Source: a virus (Duplodnaviria; Caudoviricetes). From it: a stretch of DNA of 60,874 bases. Below are positions 32,290 to 42,214 of this stretch, piece after piece. The notes beneath the pieces are model-generated. The model saw only the letters and a program-made list of their open reading frames with translations. It did no database searches and was not told where the DNA came from. The DNA lies in IMG/VR virus record IMGVR_UViG_3300046018_000110, positions 1 to 60,874 of that record; one strand, 5' to 3'. Made by a program: the position numbers and the translations under genes. How positions within the stretch are numbered: position 1 is the stretch's first letter; each line of letters opens with the position of its first letter.

Positions 32290-33150
32290 TCAAACTCCTC
32301 GTTCGTTGGTGTAGTTCTTGCAGCCGCGCAGGCCGCGTTGGTAGATCTCGGCCGCGACCTCGTCGAAGCGGGCGTGCGTGATGAGCGCGCAGCCCCCACC
32401 CTGGGCGCAGGCCTCCTGCTCGTCGACCGAGAGCTCGATCGCAGCGGCGGGCAGCGTGAGCAGCGCGCCGGCTGCGAGCAGCATGACGTAGGCCCTCACA
32501 GCTTGATCCCCTTCCCCGGCCCGGTGTTCATCCAATCGGCGCGATCCTTCGCGTCGACTTCGAGCGACCAGATGCTCGCGTCGGAGTAGCTGACGCTGTC
32601 GAAGACGCGCCAGCAGCCGTTGTTCCACTTGACGATGAATCTCATTTTTCCTCCGGTAGGTAGATGGTGTTCTGGGTCTCGATGCGGCCCGTGACCTCGT
32701 CCCAGCTGAGCACCTTGGTGGTCATGACCATCTTGGTGTTCGAGATGTAGGCCGACGGGTGGTCGATCGGCTGCAGCCATGCAGTCCCCGAGACCATCAG
32801 TGGCCGGGCGGTGCCGCGGTAGCGGACGACGGGTTTGTCCATCACTTCGCCCCCGCGTACAGCTCGGTGAGGCACTGCTTCACCAGCTTATCGGCCGCCT
32901 CGGAGTCGTAGTCCTCCAGGTACCCGTCGGGGTCTGTCGAGCCGGCGAGGTGGCCCGACTCCACCCAGGCTCTGTAGACCTCGTGCTCCCAGCAACTGTT
33001 GCCGAAGGGGCGCTTGCCGCTGAAGCCCTCGCCCTCGGCCCAGAGCTCCTCCAGCAGCGCGATGAAGTAGCCGCGCACCGACTTCTTGCCGGAGTCGTTC
33101 TTCACCATCTTGACGTCGAGCGGCGACGTCGTCGGTTTGGTCTTGCTCAT
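32290..33150 (-). CDS. Run of four small coupled hypothetical genes (32290-32499, 32496-32645, 32642-32842, 32842-33150)
   Basis: Overlapping start/stop codons and SD motifs. Confidence 0.55.
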
Positions 33151-33299
33151 TCGCGGCTCCCCTTCGGTTTCTCGTCCTTCTCGCACGTCACCTTGAACAC
33201 CTCACCGATCGAGATCTGAGCGTTCGTGCCGTCGATCTTCTCGGTGACCGCGCACTCGCGGTTCAGACGCGGGGTCTTGTCGAAGGGGGTGAACTCCAT
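33147..33299 (-). pseudogene. Internally deleted RNA ligase (50 aa)
   Basis: MEFTPFDKTPRLNRECAVTEKIDGTNAQISIG (motif I, KxDGxN) fused in frame to GEVFKVTCEKDEKPK (C-terminal motif V-like). Confidence 0.7.
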
Positions 33300-33757
33300 C
33301 ACAGTACCCTCGTGAAGTTGCCGGCGTGGGTGAATGAGTCGACCTCGGCCTTGGTCAACACACCGTCAGTCCAGGTGCAGAACAGCCGTGCCGTGAGGAG
33401 CAGGCGGGGGTTCTCCACTTCTGTCAGCGTGTGGCACACCACCGGCTCGGGCTTGACGCGGTAGCGCTCGGGGCCATGGAGGAACTTGCGGTCGGGGTTG
33501 ACTACTGAGATCTCGCTCCACTCGCCGTCGAACTGGCTCTGGTACTCGATCTTCTTGCCCTCACGCAGCGCCTGCCGCAGCTCGGCGTACGGATCCGGCG
33601 CAGGCTTGACGCGGAACTCGTAGCTCGGCTCAAACTTCGGGGGGACACTGGTTGCCTGCCACCGACCGCCGGGATAGAACACGTTGAAGACTTCGATCTC
33701 CGCGCCGTCCGCCCAGGCCTTGATCACCTCGGCGTGGATGTGGGGTTTTCTGCTCAT
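33299..33757 (-). CDS. Hypothetical protein with a duplicated small domain
   Basis: AWADGAEIE...FRVKP repeated as ALREGKKIE...YRVKP. Confidence 0.65.
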   Translation of the reverse strand: MSRKPHIHAEVIKAWADGAEIEVFNVFYPGGRWQATSVPPKFEPSYEFRVKPAPDPYAELRQALREGKKIEYQSQFDGEWSEISVVNPDRKFLHGPERYRVKPEPVVCHTLTEVENPRLLLTARLFCTWTDGVLTKAEVDSFTHAGNFTRVL

Positions 33758-33981
33758 GGCTTGCTGCCCTTCTCGCTGTATTGCTTGATCTCGAAGTCAC
33801 TGGGCCCGGCCAGCTTCTCGAAGGTGCCCCGCGTGCGGAGCTCGTGACTGCTGGCGGTCGAGCCGCCGGGGATCGCCCAGATCATCTGGCCCTGCGACAC
33901 GGAGTCGCGGTGCCCGATGAGGCCGACACCGTTGAACAGCGCGCGGCCCAGCAGCACGCGCGTCGGGAGGTCGAGGTTCAT
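33754..33981 (-). CDS. Hypothetical protein
   Basis: Coupled ORF. Confidence 0.5.
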   Translation of the reverse strand: MNLDLPTRVLLGRALFNGVGLIGHRDSVSQGQMIWAIPGGSTASSHELRTRGTFEKLAGPSDFEIKQYSEKGSKP

Positions 33982-34412
33982 GACGCAGATCCCAGAGCTT
34001 CGAGCTGCGCGGCGAAGCCGGCGCGCGCCGGGCCGGGCACATCACTGATCGCCTGCACCTTGAGCCCGACCAGCAGCGCCTGGATGGCGGCGCGGTGCTT
34101 GCCCAGCAGCGGGCGCGCCAGCTTGCGCAGGTCGTCGTCGGTGGGCACCACCGCGCCCGTCTCCGGGTTGTCGGCCGGGTCGATGACGGGCGGGCTTACC
34201 TCCGCTAACGTCTCAGTCGACGGCGAAGCCGGTGCAGCGGCCGGCTGCTCCTCCTGGGGCTCGGGCGACGGGACGAAGGCTTTCGCCCCCTCCAGGCCGG
34301 TGAGCGAGATGTCCGGCACCCAGCCGGCGGGCACCTCGAAGGACTGCGCGGCGCCCAGCGCCTGGGCGACGGTCTCGTAGTGCTGATACAGCGTGATCTT
34401 GACGGTGATCAA
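33978..34412 (-). CDS. Conserved replication-module protein
   Basis: TTG start after AGGAG; Pro/Ala linker plus small helical C-terminal domain, as usually found upstream of exonuclease-SSB-PolA modules. Confidence 0.55.
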   Translation of the reverse strand: MITVKITLYQHYETVAQALGAAQSFEVPAGWVPDISLTGLEGAKAFVPSPEPQEEQPAAAPASPSTETLAEVSPPVIDPADNPETGAVVPTDDDLRKLARPLLGKHRAAIQALLVGLKVQAISDVPGPARAGFAAQLEALGSAS

Positions 34413-34428
34413 AGTGGTTTCTCCTGGG

Positions 34429-34620
34429 TCAGGCGAGCTGTTCGGCCACCCGAGCGATGCACGCGGCACGCGCCGATTCGGGAAGGGCGTCGATCACCGC
34501 CTGGAGCACGTCGCAGACCGCGTTGATCTGATCGGACAAGCTGGTCGGGTGACGAGCGATGATGAGTTCGGACAGGTCCGATGTGAATTCGGACCCATCC
34601 TCGGTGCGTTGTTTGAACAT
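34429..34620 (-). CDS. Hypothetical protein, first gene of the leftward operon
   Basis: ORF directly downstream of the promoter. Confidence 0.45.
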   Translation of the reverse strand: MFKQRTEDGSEFTSDLSELIIARHPTSLSDQINAVCDVLQAVIDALPESARAACIARVAEQLA

Positions 34621-34653
34621 GGGCTACAGCGGAATTCGGTTTGGAAGGTTCGA

Positions 34654-34682
34654 ACTCTAATGTAAGCCCGGCTGACATGCAA
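34654..34682 (-). promoter_or_regulatory. PL-like sigma70 promoter with a 17-bp palindromic operator TGTAAGCCCGGCTGACA in the spacer
   Basis: TTGCAT-17 bp-TAGAGT. Confidence 0.8.
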
Positions 34683-34735
34683 CACCTTTTGCGAATTTAT
34701 TTCTGTGCGCTAACCCACACAGGGCTAACTCAGCA

Positions 34736-35413
34736 TTACAACTTCACAATGGCCCGCGCTGCATCTGCTACGTCATTGAACGAACGCAAGTCGATCTCGA
34801 AGATCGGGTCTAGGCGCGGCTCCGTCACGGTCAGGGCGGGCGACCAGCGGAACAGCCTCTTGCGGTACGGGTGCCCGGCCGCGCGCTCGAGCACCAGGAG
34901 ATGTCCCACCTCTCGGCTCAGGCCCTCGTTGCTCACGCCCGGCATGCCGAACACGATCAGATCCTGGCCGTGCAGGAACGACACCGTCAACGTCACGCCG
35001 GCCACGGTGAGGGGGACGTCGAAGGCGTCGTCCAGCTCCGGCCGCTCGGAGACCACGGCAAACTTCACTGCGGACCAGAACGCTTTGCTGGTGCGCCCGA
35101 GCTTGTCGACTTCTGACAACACTGCGGGAGGTGAGCGGATCGCGTCGACAGTGCCGTACGTGTAGACGTCGTCAGGGGAGACCGAGTCATCTAGTAGGAA
35201 TTGCGGGCTCACTCCACAGAGCTTCGCGATTTCGACGAGATGGGGGGTCGTTGGCACTGCCCTATTGGAGGGCATCTTCGACTCCCACAGAGAGACGGCG
35301 GGGCGCGTCACCCCACAGGCTTTCGCCACTTGATCCGCAGTCTTCTTCCCGTAGGCCCGAGCTGCTCTGATGCGCTGCCACAACTCGGAGCGCTTGGTGG
35401 TGATGGTCGTCAT
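34736..35413 (-). CDS. XRE-family HTH repressor (CI-like) without an S24 peptidase domain
   Basis: RIRAAR...TADQVAKACGVTRPAVSLWE...IAKLCGVSPQFLL. Confidence 0.85.
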   Translation of the reverse strand: MTTITTKRSELWQRIRAARAYGKKTADQVAKACGVTRPAVSLWESKMPSNRAVPTTPHLVEIAKLCGVSPQFLLDDSVSPDDVYTYGTVDAIRSPPAVLSEVDKLGRTSKAFWSAVKFAVVSERPELDDAFDVPLTVAGVTLTVSFLHGQDLIVFGMPGVSNEGLSREVGHLLVLERAAGHPYRKRLFRWSPALTVTEPRLDPIFEIDLRSFNDVADAARAIVKL

Positions 35414-35494
35414 GTCTATCTCTCGTATTACTCGGATTGGTAGCCCGTATTGTGAGCTACCCCCAGAAAAAATGCTTCCCCAATGTTGGGGGAC

Positions 35495-35568
35495 GTTAGG
35501 GTTGTTAACTTACAACAGTCTTTCGTGAAATAGACCTCAAGGTTCGAATAGGTAAGGTGTGCTAACCT
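35495..35568 (+). promoter_or_regulatory. Immunity region: operators at 35495-35509 and 35552-35566, extended -10 TGcTAACCT
   Basis: GTTAG-N5-TTAAC and GTAAG-N5-CTAAC in the AT-rich gap between divergent genes. Confidence 0.7.
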
Positions 35569-35607
35569 CGCTGCCCCACTCTCCTCACGCGCGAGGCCCC
35601 CGCACCG

Positions 35608-36219
35608 ATGTCAGAAGCACAGATCCCTTCCATCTACCTCGGGTGCCCTCCCGATCTGACCCCGACCACCCCAAAGCTGGACCTGACCGGGATGAGGTTC
35701 GGGAGACTGACCGCCGAGGTTCTTCTGGGGGCCCGGCACCGCAAGTCACTCTACGGTTGCTTGTGTGAGTGTGGTCAACGCAAGGCCGTGTACTACGGGC
35801 ATCTCCGATCAGGCAAAACCCGTAGTTGTGGATGCCTCTGCCTGGAGCTCCGGCGGAGGATCCGTCCCACCAAGCGTGACCCTCTCGCAGGGTTGAATTC
35901 GCTGGAATCCGAATATCGAAGAGGCGCCTTTACCCGGGGGTTGGACTGGGCGCTGTCTTCTGACGTATTCCGGGGCCTCGCAGAGGGCTCCTGCTGGTAC
36001 TGCGGGGCGCCCCCACAGCCGAGGAAGCAAGAGCCGAAAAAGGCTCACTGGAACCTCGTTTGCAACGGGGTCGACCGGGTAGACAGCGCACGCGGGTACA
36101 CGGAAGACAACGTGGTGTCCTGCTGCAGTCCCTGCAATATGGCGAAGCGGGCGCTCACTCAACGCGACTTCATCGACCTCTGCACGCGCGTCGCCGTTAG
36201 GCGTGGATCGCTGCACTGA
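35608..36219 (+). CDS. HNH homing endonuclease
   Basis: DLTGMRFGRL...CLCECG...SCGC; CWYCG...GVDRVDS..GY...NVVSCC..CN..K. Confidence 0.85.
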   Translation: MSEAQIPSIYLGCPPDLTPTTPKLDLTGMRFGRLTAEVLLGARHRKSLYGCLCECGQRKAVYYGHLRSGKTRSCGCLCLELRRRIRPTKRDPLAGLNSLESEYRRGAFTRGLDWALSSDVFRGLAEGSCWYCGAPPQPRKQEPKKAHWNLVCNGVDRVDSARGYTEDNVVSCCSPCNMAKRALTQRDFIDLCTRVAVRRGSLH

Positions 36220-36231
36220 CCAGAAAAAACC

Positions 36232-38904
36232 ATGCAAAAAGTCACCGTCCTCAGAACCCTGGGCCCTCTCCTGGCGAAACGCTGGCTGGCCGACGGAACC
36301 ATCGCGGCCTACGACAACGCCAAGCAATTCACGTTCGCCCAGCATCCTGTCGTGAACCTGTCGGGGCTACACCAACTGCTGCGCAAGATCCAGTTGGAAC
36401 CAGAGTGCTGCATCATCCGCGGCGCCCCGAACAAGGAGATCCGCAGCCCCACGCCGCGCGACCTCGACCACTTCCACGACGCCCCCAGCCACTTGATGAT
36501 GCTGGACGTCGACAACTGGGCGGGCACCGTCGAGGAGTTCGTGGCGGGGCTCCCCGAGTGCTTCCATGACGTGAGCTACGTTCGGCAGTGGAGCGGCAGC
36601 CACGGTCACCCGAGCAAAGTGGGGGTGCGGGCGCATCTCTGGTTCTGGCTCAAGTCACCACTCACATGCCAAGACGCAGAAGCCTGGGCGAAAAAGTGGA
36701 TCCCCCAGGCGGACGCCACGGTACATCGGGTGGTGCAGGTCAACTACACCGCGGTGCCTGTGCATGTCGGACGCCGCGACGCGCCCCTCCCCCCGGGCTG
36801 CCCCAGCGTTGCCGAACGCCTACTGCTCGTGCGTGGCGTAATGGGCGATGAGGTCGAGATACCGGACAGCATGCCCACCCCCGCCGGTGGGGTACGTGCT
36901 ACTGGGCACGCCAAGCGAAAGACCTTGGTGGACCCCCGCAACAAGAGCGGCGTGGTCGGCGCTGTGGCGCGCGCGTTCTCGCCGGAGCGCATCGTTGATC
37001 TGTTCCCCGACCAGTTCGCCGAGGGCAGCAAACCCGAACGGCTCACGTGGCTGGGCGGCGGCGGAGCGGCCGACGGGGTGAGGGTCACCGACAGCTCAAC
37101 CCACCTGTTCAACTCCCACAGCACAGCCCCCGTCAGTCACGCGGCGCCCCTCTTCGACTTCGTCCGCCACCACATTTACGGCCACCTCGATGACGACATC
37201 GATGAGGATGCCCGCGACCTCGACGTGGCCGCCCTCCCCAGCTACAAGGCCACCGTGGCCTGGGCGCTGGCGCAGCCGGAAGTGCAGGCGGAGCTCGACG
37301 AGCGCACGCCCGCAGGGCGAGAGCGCGCAGTCGACCGCAAGGAAGCCCACGCCGACGCCAAGGCCGAGAAGGCCCTGGCCGCCACCGAGCCCCCTGAAGA
37401 CGACCCCGACGCGGTGCCCGACAAGGCGCGCCTGATGACCAACCTCCTGGCGCTCATCGCCAAGTGCCCCGACCGCGAGAAGCTGCAGCACGACCTCGGC
37501 CGGCGCATCGCCAAGGCCAAGTCACTCGACGAGGCCGACCGCGCCGTGATCGCCCAGCACATCTGGGAGAAGAGCAAGGAGCTCACCGGCACGGGCAAGC
37601 CGCTCCCGAAGCCCGTCATCGCCAAGTGGCTCAAGCCCGCGGCAGCGGACGTCTCCGTTGCCTTCCCAGACCTGGGACCGGACGGCGAGGTGCTGGGCAC
37701 CATCCAGAACCTGGAGGCGCTCTGCGCCCAGAACAGCGTGACCCTGCGCTACAACGAGATCACCAAGGACCAGGAAATCCAAGGCCTGCCCGAGAGCGAC
37801 CTCGACCCCGAGAACCGGGCGAACGCCACCTTTGCCGGGCTCATCAGTCTCGCAGCGCGCGCTCGGATGCCGCACAACCCAGGTCAGATCAAGGGCTACG
37901 TCACCTCGATCGCTGGGCGCAACACCTACAACCCGGTGCAGGAGTGGATCACCAGCGCCGAGTGGGACGGCGCCAGCCGCCTCGATGCGCTGTTGGCAAC
38001 GCTGACTCTGGCCCCCGAGTCCAAGGTTGCGGTGGCGCGGATGATGCTCCGGAAGTGGCTGATCCAGGCCGTGGCCGCCGCCTGCTCCCGCCGGCCGATT
38101 CAGACCCGCGGGGTGTTGGTCTTCCAGGGCCCGCAGTACATGGGCAAATCCAGGTGGTTCGAGCGTCTGTGCAAAGGGCACGACGAGTTCGTGATCATGG
38201 GGCGCCCGTTGGATCCGCACAACAAGGACAGCATCACCGCCTGCATCACGCACTGGATCGCTGAGCTGGGGGAGCTGGACAACACGCTGAGCAAGAACCA
38301 CATCGGCGCGCTGAAGGCGTTCATCGCCGACCGGGAGGACACCCTGCGGCTGCCCTATGCCGCCGCGAACTCCAAGTTCCAGCGTCGCACCGTGTGGACA
38401 GCGTCCGTCAACAACGAGGAGTACCTCGTCGACAACACAGGGAATACCCGGTTCTGGAGTCTGTCCCTGACGGCCGTGAACCCCGACCACGACGTCGACA
38501 TGCAGCAGCTCTGGGCCGAGATGTACACGGCCTGGGAGGGCGGCGAGGCGCACTGGCTGGAGCAGGACGAGATGGCCCAGGTCGAGGCCGTCAACGAGAA
38601 GCACCGGGTCGTCAGTCCGGTCGAGCAGGCCCTGATCGACAGGTTCCCGTGGGACCGCGCGGCGGCCGGCGACAGCGCCGTGACGTGGGTGAAACGCTCA
38701 TCCCAGCAGATCGCGGCCTTGATCGGAGTCAAGTTGACGGCCAGCGACAGCCTCTCGATGGGGCACGCGATCACCCGGATCAGCGGCATGAAGCCGGTCC
38801 AGAAGTGGGGCCTGGGCAAGCTGCGACTGGTGCCGATGCTGCGCCAGGAGCTGGAGCTCGATGAGCTCGACGACGACGACACCGGCAAGCAAACCGTTGG
38901 TTGA
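36232..38904 (+). CDS. Primase-helicase (primase/primpol N-terminus, VirE/VapE P-loop C-terminus)
   Basis: LDVD and RAHLWFWL primase motifs; GPQYMGKS Walker A, ELGELD, DNTGNTRFW. Confidence 0.88.
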   Translation: MQKVTVLRTLGPLLAKRWLADGTIAAYDNAKQFTFAQHPVVNLSGLHQLLRKIQLEPECCIIRGAPNKEIRSPTPRDLDHFHDAPSHLMMLDVDNWAGTVEEFVAGLPECFHDVSYVRQWSGSHGHPSKVGVRAHLWFWLKSPLTCQDAEAWAKKWIPQADATVHRVVQVNYTAVPVHVGRRDAPLPPGCPSVAERLLLVRGVMGDEVEIPDSMPTPAGGVRATGHAKRKTLVDPRNKSGVVGAVARAFSPERIVDLFPDQFAEGSKPERLTWLGGGGAADGVRVTDSSTHLFNSHSTAPVSHAAPLFDFVRHHIYGHLDDDIDEDARDLDVAALPSYKATVAWALAQPEVQAELDERTPAGRERAVDRKEAHADAKAEKALAATEPPEDDPDAVPDKARLMTNLLALIAKCPDREKLQHDLGRRIAKAKSLDEADRAVIAQHIWEKSKELTGTGKPLPKPVIAKWLKPAAADVSVAFPDLGPDGEVLGTIQNLEALCAQNSVTLRYNEITKDQEIQGLPESDLDPENRANATFAGLISLAARARMPHNPGQIKGYVTSIAGRNTYNPVQEWITSAEWDGASRLDALLATLTLAPESKVAVARMMLRKWLIQAVAAACSRRPIQTRGVLVFQGPQYMGKSRWFERLCKGHDEFVIMGRPLDPHNKDSITACITHWIAELGELDNTLSKNHIGALKAFIADREDTLRLPYAAANSKFQRRTVWTASVNNEEYLVDNTGNTRFWSLSLTAVNPDHDVDMQQLWAEMYTAWEGGEAHWLEQDEMAQVEAVNEKHRVVSPVEQALIDRFPWDRAAAGDSAVTWVKRSSQQIAALIGVKLTASDSLSMGHAITRISGMKPVQKWGLGKLRLVPMLRQELELDELDDDDTGKQTVG

Positions 38905-38929
38905 GGGGTGAGGAGGAGGTGACGGCTAT

Positions 38930-39110
38930 GCCTAACCCGTTGATTTCATTCATCTATATCTATCATAACCATCATAACCATGTTTATTCATGTATATGGG
39001 AGGTAGGTATATTGTATATATGTAAGTACATGTAACTACGAGAGAAGGGGGTATATAGAGTTGGCAATCCATCTTTGACCGGTATAGATAGGTAGACCGA
39101 TATGGATCAG
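38930..39110. other. Putative replication origin
   Basis: Strikingly AT-rich tract in a GC-rich genome; tandem ATCATAACC x2; IHF consensus at 38933-38945; directly after the primase-helicase. Confidence 0.7.
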
Positions 39111-39124
39111 GAGTGATCAGAGAG

Positions 39125-39397
39125 ATGAAAGAACTGACAGTCGAGGGGTTCTTGCAGGAACGGGCCGGCGCAGCAGGCGGGGTCTGCGAGAAGTGGGGGA
39201 TCCACGGGTGGCCGGATCGCATGGTGCTGCTGCCGGATCGAAGGATCGGGTTCCTCGAACTCAAGCGCCCAGGCAAAGAGCCGACGCCGCTTCAGCACTC
39301 ACGCATCAGGGCGCTGTCAGGGTTGGGCTTCCTGGCCGACTGGACCGACGACCTGCAAGGCGTGGCGGATTTCATGAGGAGATTGCGTGTCCACTGA
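39125..39397 (+). CDS. VRR-NUC domain nuclease (resolvase-like)
   Basis: GWPDR...FLELKRPG...PLQ. Confidence 0.85.
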   Translation: MKELTVEGFLQERAGAAGGVCEKWGIHGWPDRMVLLPDRRIGFLELKRPGKEPTPLQHSRIRALSGLGFLADWTDDLQGVADFMRRLRVH

Positions 39398-39456
39398 GTT
39401 AGCAGAGGTGTGCTACACTTACCTTTAACTCGACAGTCATCTCGAAAGGAAAGTCA

Positions 39457-40056
39457 ATGGGTAATCGCCCTGGTCCCCGGGAAACAACGATGACAGGATC
39501 GCGGTTCGGCCGGCTGGTGGTCTTGTCGTTGGATGACACGAGGCACGGCCACGGGGCTTTCTGGGAGTGCCTGTGTGAGTGTGGAAAGACGAAGTCGGTG
39601 CGCGGTGACAATCTTCGTCGTGGCGTGACCATCTCCTGCGGTTGTCGAGGGCAAGAGACCCTAGTGCAGGGGAGAGAGTCCCACGGGTGGTCGCGCACCA
39701 AGCTGTACAAGACCTGGGCGTCGATGAAAGATCGGTGCGGCAACCCACGCGCGAAAGCATGGAAGGACTACGGAGGGAGGGGCATCACCGTCTGCCCCGA
39801 GTGGCTGGAGTTCGACGCGTTCCTGCGAGACATGCTGCCTACGTGGGCTCCGGGGCTGACTTTGGAACGAACTGACAACGACCTCGGCTATGGCCCTAGC
39901 AACGTCGTGTGGGCGACCCGTGCGGACCAGATGAAGAACACCCGCAGGAGCGTGTTTGTCGATACCCCCTTGGGTCCCATGGCGTTGTGGCGCGCGAAAG
40001 AGCTGTGGTCTCGCCCCCAGGCGGAAAAGTTCACCAGGGTGTCGTCGGGTGGCTGA
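39457..40056 (+). CDS. HNH homing endonuclease
   Basis: RFGRLVV...CLCECG; WASMKDRC...YGGRGITVCPEW...LERTDNDLGYGPSNVVWAT. Confidence 0.88.
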   Translation: MGNRPGPRETTMTGSRFGRLVVLSLDDTRHGHGAFWECLCECGKTKSVRGDNLRRGVTISCGCRGQETLVQGRESHGWSRTKLYKTWASMKDRCGNPRAKAWKDYGGRGITVCPEWLEFDAFLRDMLPTWAPGLTLERTDNDLGYGPSNVVWATRADQMKNTRRSVFVDTPLGPMALWRAKELWSRPQAEKFTRVSSGG

Positions 40057-41545
40057 GCTAATCCTCCGGCCCTACCAAGACGGCATGCGCGCGTTCGCCC
40101 ATGAGCACCCGAACTGCCTGTTGGCAGCTGACATGGGAACGGGAAAAACTCCCACGGCTTCTGTGGTACTGATGGAGAGCCTCTACGACCGGCTGGACAC
40201 CGAACGCTGGCTGATCGTCGCCCCCCGGCTGGTCGCCGCCGACGTCTGGCCGCGCTGCTTCAAGCACTTCCGGCAGTTCGCCGGCCTGTCCTGGCGCCAC
40301 GTCGGAGCCAAAGACTTCAACCTCAAGGCGGAGACCAAAGTCGTAGAGCTCGACGATGGCGAGATCGTCAACCGCAAGGTCGGCCTCACCTTCGGAGGCC
40401 GCGAGGACAAGGCCGAGGTCAAGCGGGCGCTCAAGGGCATGCCAGAGACCGTGCACATCGTGTCCTGGGACTTCCTGCCCTGGCTGGTGCGCGCCTGGGG
40501 CGCCAACTGGCCCTACGATGGCATGATCCTCGACGAGAGCCTGTTCGCCCAGTCCTCCACGTCCGAGCGGCACAAGGCCGTCTTCCAGGTGGCGCACCGG
40601 CTGAAGCGCGTCAACCGCATCATCGAGCTGAGCGGCATGCCCAGGCCCAACGGCGTCGAGCAGCTCCACGGCCAGATGCGTCTGCTCGATGGCGGCCGGC
40701 GCCTGGGCGACTCCAAGACCGAGTTCTACGAGCGCTTCTGCGTCCCCGGCAAGCGCGGACCCAACGGCGCCGTCTGGAAGTGGAATCTCGCACCCGGTGC
40801 GGCGGACCTGATCACGACCCTGGTCGGCGAACTCTGCGTGTCCCTCAAGTCCGAGGACTACCTGCAGCTGCCCCCGCTCCTGGTCAACCCGGTGCGCGTG
40901 ACCCTGCCCCCGGCAGCGCGAGAGTTGTACGACACCCTGGAACGCGATCTGGTGGCCCAAATCGGCGACGCAGAGATCCTGGCGCCCAGTCAGGGCGTGG
41001 CGGTCGGAAAACTGCGCCAAATCGCCAATGGTGCGGTCTACGACGGGTCCAAGAAGGTCCGGGTGGTACACGACGCCAAGCTGCTGCGGCTGCACGAGAT
41101 CCGCGAGTCGGTCGACGGGCCAATCCTCCTGGCCTACAACTTCCAGCACGACTGGGAGCGCATCAAGTCGCGCTTCAAGGGCGCGGTGCACGTCAACGAC
41201 CCCGGCGCCCTGGATCGCTTCCGGCGCGGCGAGGTCAGCCTACTGTGCATGCACCCCGAGAACGCGGAAGGGCTGGACGGGCTGCAGCAGGTCAGCAGCA
41301 CGGCCGTCTGGTACGGGGCGACGTACAACGCCCGGCACTGGGGGCAGTTCAACAAGCGGCTGCACCGCGATGGCAGCACGGCTGACCGTGTGACCCTGCA
41401 CCAGATCCTGGCGGAGGACACCATCGAGGAGTACGTGGCTGGCAAGGTGCTGCCCGACAAGGTGGAGGAGCAGGAGGTGCTGCTCGATGCGATCAAGCTG
41501 CGGGCGCCTGGGTTAGCGCGTGTTAGCATGCCTGCCCATGGATGA
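40049..41545 (+). CDS. SNF2-family (SF2) helicase
   Basis: LRPYQ, DMGTGKT, ILDES, LSGMP, QFNKRLHRDG. Confidence 0.88.
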   Translation: MAELILRPYQDGMRAFAHEHPNCLLAADMGTGKTPTASVVLMESLYDRLDTERWLIVAPRLVAADVWPRCFKHFRQFAGLSWRHVGAKDFNLKAETKVVELDDGEIVNRKVGLTFGGREDKAEVKRALKGMPETVHIVSWDFLPWLVRAWGANWPYDGMILDESLFAQSSTSERHKAVFQVAHRLKRVNRIIELSGMPRPNGVEQLHGQMRLLDGGRRLGDSKTEFYERFCVPGKRGPNGAVWKWNLAPGAADLITTLVGELCVSLKSEDYLQLPPLLVNPVRVTLPPAARELYDTLERDLVAQIGDAEILAPSQGVAVGKLRQIANGAVYDGSKKVRVVHDAKLLRLHEIRESVDGPILLAYNFQHDWERIKSRFKGAVHVNDPGALDRFRRGEVSLLCMHPENAEGLDGLQQVSSTAVWYGATYNARHWGQFNKRLHRDGSTADRVTLHQILAEDTIEEYVAGKVLPDKVEEQEVLLDAIKLRAPGLARVSMPAHG

Positions 41546-41750
41546 AGCAGATCAAGCTGGCGACCACGAGGAGCGATTCCTCGGCTATGCCATTCGCAAC
41601 GCGACGCGACCACTCATGCTGCCGACGGGCGTCTGTCTCAACTGCGACGAGGCGATCGAGCCGCCGGCCAAGCGCTTCTGCGACGAGGACTGCAGCGCCG
41701 ACTGGCATGCGCGCCGCGACTCAGCGCGCCGGCGCGGGGAGACCACCTGA
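41538..41750 (+). CDS. TraR/DksA-like C4 zinc-finger protein
   Basis: MDEADQA N-terminus; CLNC...RFCDEDC. Confidence 0.65.
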   Translation: MDEADQAGDHEERFLGYAIRNATRPLMLPTGVCLNCDEAIEPPAKRFCDEDCSADWHARRDSARRRGETT

Positions 41751-42214
41751 TGCAGAGCTTGCTGTTGGCTGAGCAGAGCAGCGACCTGAGTGAGGCGCAC
41801 GAGGGCATGGCTGACGTCGACTGGCTGCGCGCCTGTGGCATGGCGGGCCAGCGCTACGGTGTGGCCCTGGCGGTCTGGCGCTATGTCGAACTGTCCGACC
41901 GCACGTCAGGCAAGACCGCCTTCGATGGCTGCGTCGCGCGCCTGCTGTGGCGGGGCTTCACCTCCGACCCGCTGCACGTGGCCGCCGAGGTGCTGACCTG
42001 GATGCACAGCCCCATCTGCCCTACCTGCCATGGCCAGATGTTCGAACACATCGCCGGCACACCCACGCTGAGCGACCGGCCCTGCCCCGCCTGCCACGGC
42101 ACGGGCAAGAAGCCCAAGGCGTGGGGCCCTGCCGCGCACGACCTGCACGAGTGGCTGCAGGAGCAGCAACGCGAGGCCGCGCGCGAGATCTCGAAGAAAC
42201 TCAGGCAGGGGTAG
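41750..42214 (+). CDS. Q-like late antiterminator
   Basis: CPTCHG...CPACHGTG zinc motif; last gene of the rightward early operon. Confidence 0.6.
   Translation: MQSLLLAEQSSDLSEAHEGMADVDWLRACGMAGQRYGVALAVWRYVELSDRTSGKTAFDGCVARLLWRGFTSDPLHVAAEVLTWMHSPICPTCHGQMFEHIAGTPTLSDRPCPACHGTGKKPKAWGPAAHDLHEWLQEQQREAAREISKKLRQG

Noticed and set aside
34646-35549. AGGTTCGAA as a second operator (34646, 35540, with partial copies near 47450-47490)
   Set aside because: Too short and too few exact copies to distinguish from chance by eye
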